This document shows, one piece after another, positions 62,380 through 64,000 of a DNA stretch of 64,000 bases. This DNA is from an uncultured Actinomycetota bacterium (GTDB lineage Bacteria > Actinomycetota > Actinomycetes > JAHEKZ01). Positions within the stretch are counted from its first letter, which is position 1, and every line of letters begins with the position of its first letter. The notes below the pieces were generated by a model that saw nothing but the letters and a program-made list of their open reading frames with translations, was not told where the DNA came from and made no database searches. The DNA lies in assembly GCA_963743915.1 (NCBI GenBank), contig CAVURN010000001.1, forward strand, positions 800,001 through 864,000, read 5' to 3'. The position numbers were made by a program, and so were the translations under genes.

Positions 62380-63099
62380 ATGGACGGCACCGACACCCTT
62401 GACTCGCGCGAGACCGCACCGACAAGGCGCCCAGCAGGTCGGTGGTGGGCACTGCCCGTGGTCGCGCTCGTGGTGGCGCTCGGGGTATGGGTGACCGGCG
62501 GCCTGCTCACCGACGACGAGCAGGTGGCGAGGGTTCTCACCGGACTATGGTTCGGCGCCTCCGGTCTCGTCGCAGCGGTGGTCGCGTGGCGCCACCGGTG
62601 GTTGGCCGCGCCGGTGATGGCGGGCTACCTGCTGGTCGCGGTCGGTCTGGGTGGTTTTCTCGCCTACACCAGCACCGTCGACCAGGTCGTCGACGAGGAT
62701 GTCGTGGTCGCGGAGCCGGCGCCGACAACCTCGAAGGGAAGCGCCGGACAGCAGCAGGACGAGGCGGAGCAGGAGAACGTGCTGCTGGCCCGCGGGGACT
62801 TCGAGGCGCAGGCGCACCCCACGGCGGGTACCGCGTCGGTCATCCAGACGCCGAAGGGGTCAGTGCTCACGCTGACCGAGTTCGAGACCGATCCCGGCCC
62901 CGACCTACGGGTCTACCTGGTGGCCGCTGGTGCTTCCGGGGTCGAGGGAGGAACCGATCTCGGGGCGATGAAGGGCAACCAGGGAAACCAGCAGTACGAA
63001 GTGCCGGACGCCGCGGCACGGGGGGATCTGTCAGGAACCAAGGTCGTGATCTGGTGCCGGGCTTTCAGCGTGGCCTTCGGTACTGCGCGTCTGTCCTGA
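62380..63099 (+). CDS. Membrane-anchored DM13-domain protein
   Basis: Three TM helices, then HPTAG, GPDLRVYL, KGNQGNQQY and VVIWCRAFSVAFG. Confidence 0.88.
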   Translation: MDGTDTLDSRETAPTRRPAGRWWALPVVALVVALGVWVTGGLLTDDEQVARVLTGLWFGASGLVAAVVAWRHRWLAAPVMAGYLLVAVGLGGFLAYTSTVDQVVDEDVVVAEPAPTTSKGSAGQQQDEAEQENVLLARGDFEAQAHPTAGTASVIQTPKGSVLTLTEFETDPGPDLRVYLVAAGASGVEGGTDLGAMKGNQGNQQYEVPDAAARGDLSGTKVVIWCRAFSVAFGTARLS

Positions 63100-63112
63100 G
63101 AGCCGTCTGCGC

Positions 63113-63757
63113 TCAGTCGACCCGGACGGTGCCGTGAGGGGTCGCGAAGTGCGCTGCGACCAGGCCCACCTCGTCGCTGGTGGGGGTGAGCCACTCGACC
63201 TCGACGTCGTCGAGCGGGTCGTCGTCGCCCCCGCCGAGCCAGCCGCACACCGTGTCACGGTCGCCGGCGATCTCGAGCTTGACGATCCGGATCTCGGTGC
63301 CGTTGCCGTGACCGGGGCGCTCCTCCGGCTCGCTGTCCCACTGGATGAAGTACGGCAGTGAGGGATCCTCGAGCAGCTCGTTCAGCCCGATCTGATGCCA
63401 GCGCAGGTCGAAGCCGTCGGGGCGCCGGCGGTGGCCCTCGACCGAGCCGCGTCCGAGGCGGCTCTCGACGGTGGCCATCTCCGGAACCTCGACGACCCAG
63501 CCCAGCCAGCCGCCGCCGTCAACGGCGCGCTGCTTGACCGCGCGTCCGAAGGGTGCGTTGTCCGCCGCGGGGTGGTCGAGTGCCGCCACGACCTCGAGGT
63601 ACGAGCCACCAGCCAGCGGGAGCACGAAGTTGCGGGTGCCGAACCGGGGGTGCATCCCTCCGTCGGTGAAGCCAGCACCCAGGCGGGAGCCGATTCGCTG
63701 GACGACGTCCGCGAGGTGATCGGTCGGCGCCGCGTAAGACAGGTGATCCAGCCGCAT
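63113..63757 (-). CDS. VOC/glyoxalase-like domain protein
   Basis: MRLDHLSYA, GGMHPRFGTRN, YLEVV, LPYFIQW. Confidence 0.88.
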   Translation of the reverse strand: MRLDHLSYAAPTDHLADVVQRIGSRLGAGFTDGGMHPRFGTRNFVLPLAGGSYLEVVAALDHPAADNAPFGRAVKQRAVDGGGWLGWVVEVPEMATVESRLGRGSVEGHRRRPDGFDLRWHQIGLNELLEDPSLPYFIQWDSEPEERPGHGNGTEIRIVKLEIAGDRDTVCGWLGGGDDDPLDDVEVEWLTPTSDEVGLVAAHFATPHGTVRVD

Positions 63758-63924
63758 ACTCCGAATCTTGCCCAACCCCGATTCCCACCCCGCAACCGGG
63801 GTCGGAGGTCTGGTCGCAGGCGCTGCGCGCGGGTCACAGTGTGACCACGTTCTGTGTCACACAGGTGCACATCGCGTAGCGCTAGTGCAAGGGTGTCGCC
63901 GACACCGAGTACTCGGAGGCCACC

Positions 63925-64000
63925 GTGGACGATCTCGATCGCTCCGCGTACCCGGAACCACCGCTGCTGCTCCGAGGCCTCGACCCCGCCCAGGCGTGGA
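63925..64000 (+). CDS. 5' end of an unidentified gene (partial)
   Basis: GGAGG then GTG, open to the window edge (MDDLDRSAYPEPPLLLRGLDPAQAW). Confidence 0.4.
   Translation, partial: MDDLDRSAYPEPPLLLRGLDPAQAW

Overview
High-GC actinobacterial chromosome segment. It carries the conserved backbone (M16 peptidase 3' end)-dapB-thyX-dapA-rnj-ftsK-rodZ-like-rimO-pgsA-cinA-clgR-lhr-DUF3046-recA-recX-miaB-miaA-dapF-hflX-dinG-lexA-LysM-nrdR-nrdJ. Small accessory modules are interspersed: ECF sigma plus partner, azlCD, an orphan Rieske oxygenase, SerA-like plus DUF1015, a polyamine-binding lipoprotein/amidohydrolase/TetR cassette, a BKACE enzyme, two ArsR-SRPBCC pairs and an F420-type LLM enzyme. I saw no rRNA, tRNA, CRISPR array, transposase or prophage. 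About 15 genes, including dapF, lexA, nrdR and nrdJ, are broken by small indels, most simply explained as consensus errors. Regulatory sites are readable: LexA boxes, RecA-NDp/PafBC-type promoters, tandem NrdR boxes, ArsR and TetR operators, and many leaderless starts. The best leads are a DinG with a hidden C-terminal Myb/SANT-like HTH extension, a SerA-like/DUF1015 pair without serC, the TetR-controlled binding-protein/amidohydrolase cassette, an unlisted 51-aa zinc-ribbon protein, and two families of dispersed intergenic palindromes. All calls come from reading motifs by eye; no searches were run, and I cannot claim a confirmed novel system.
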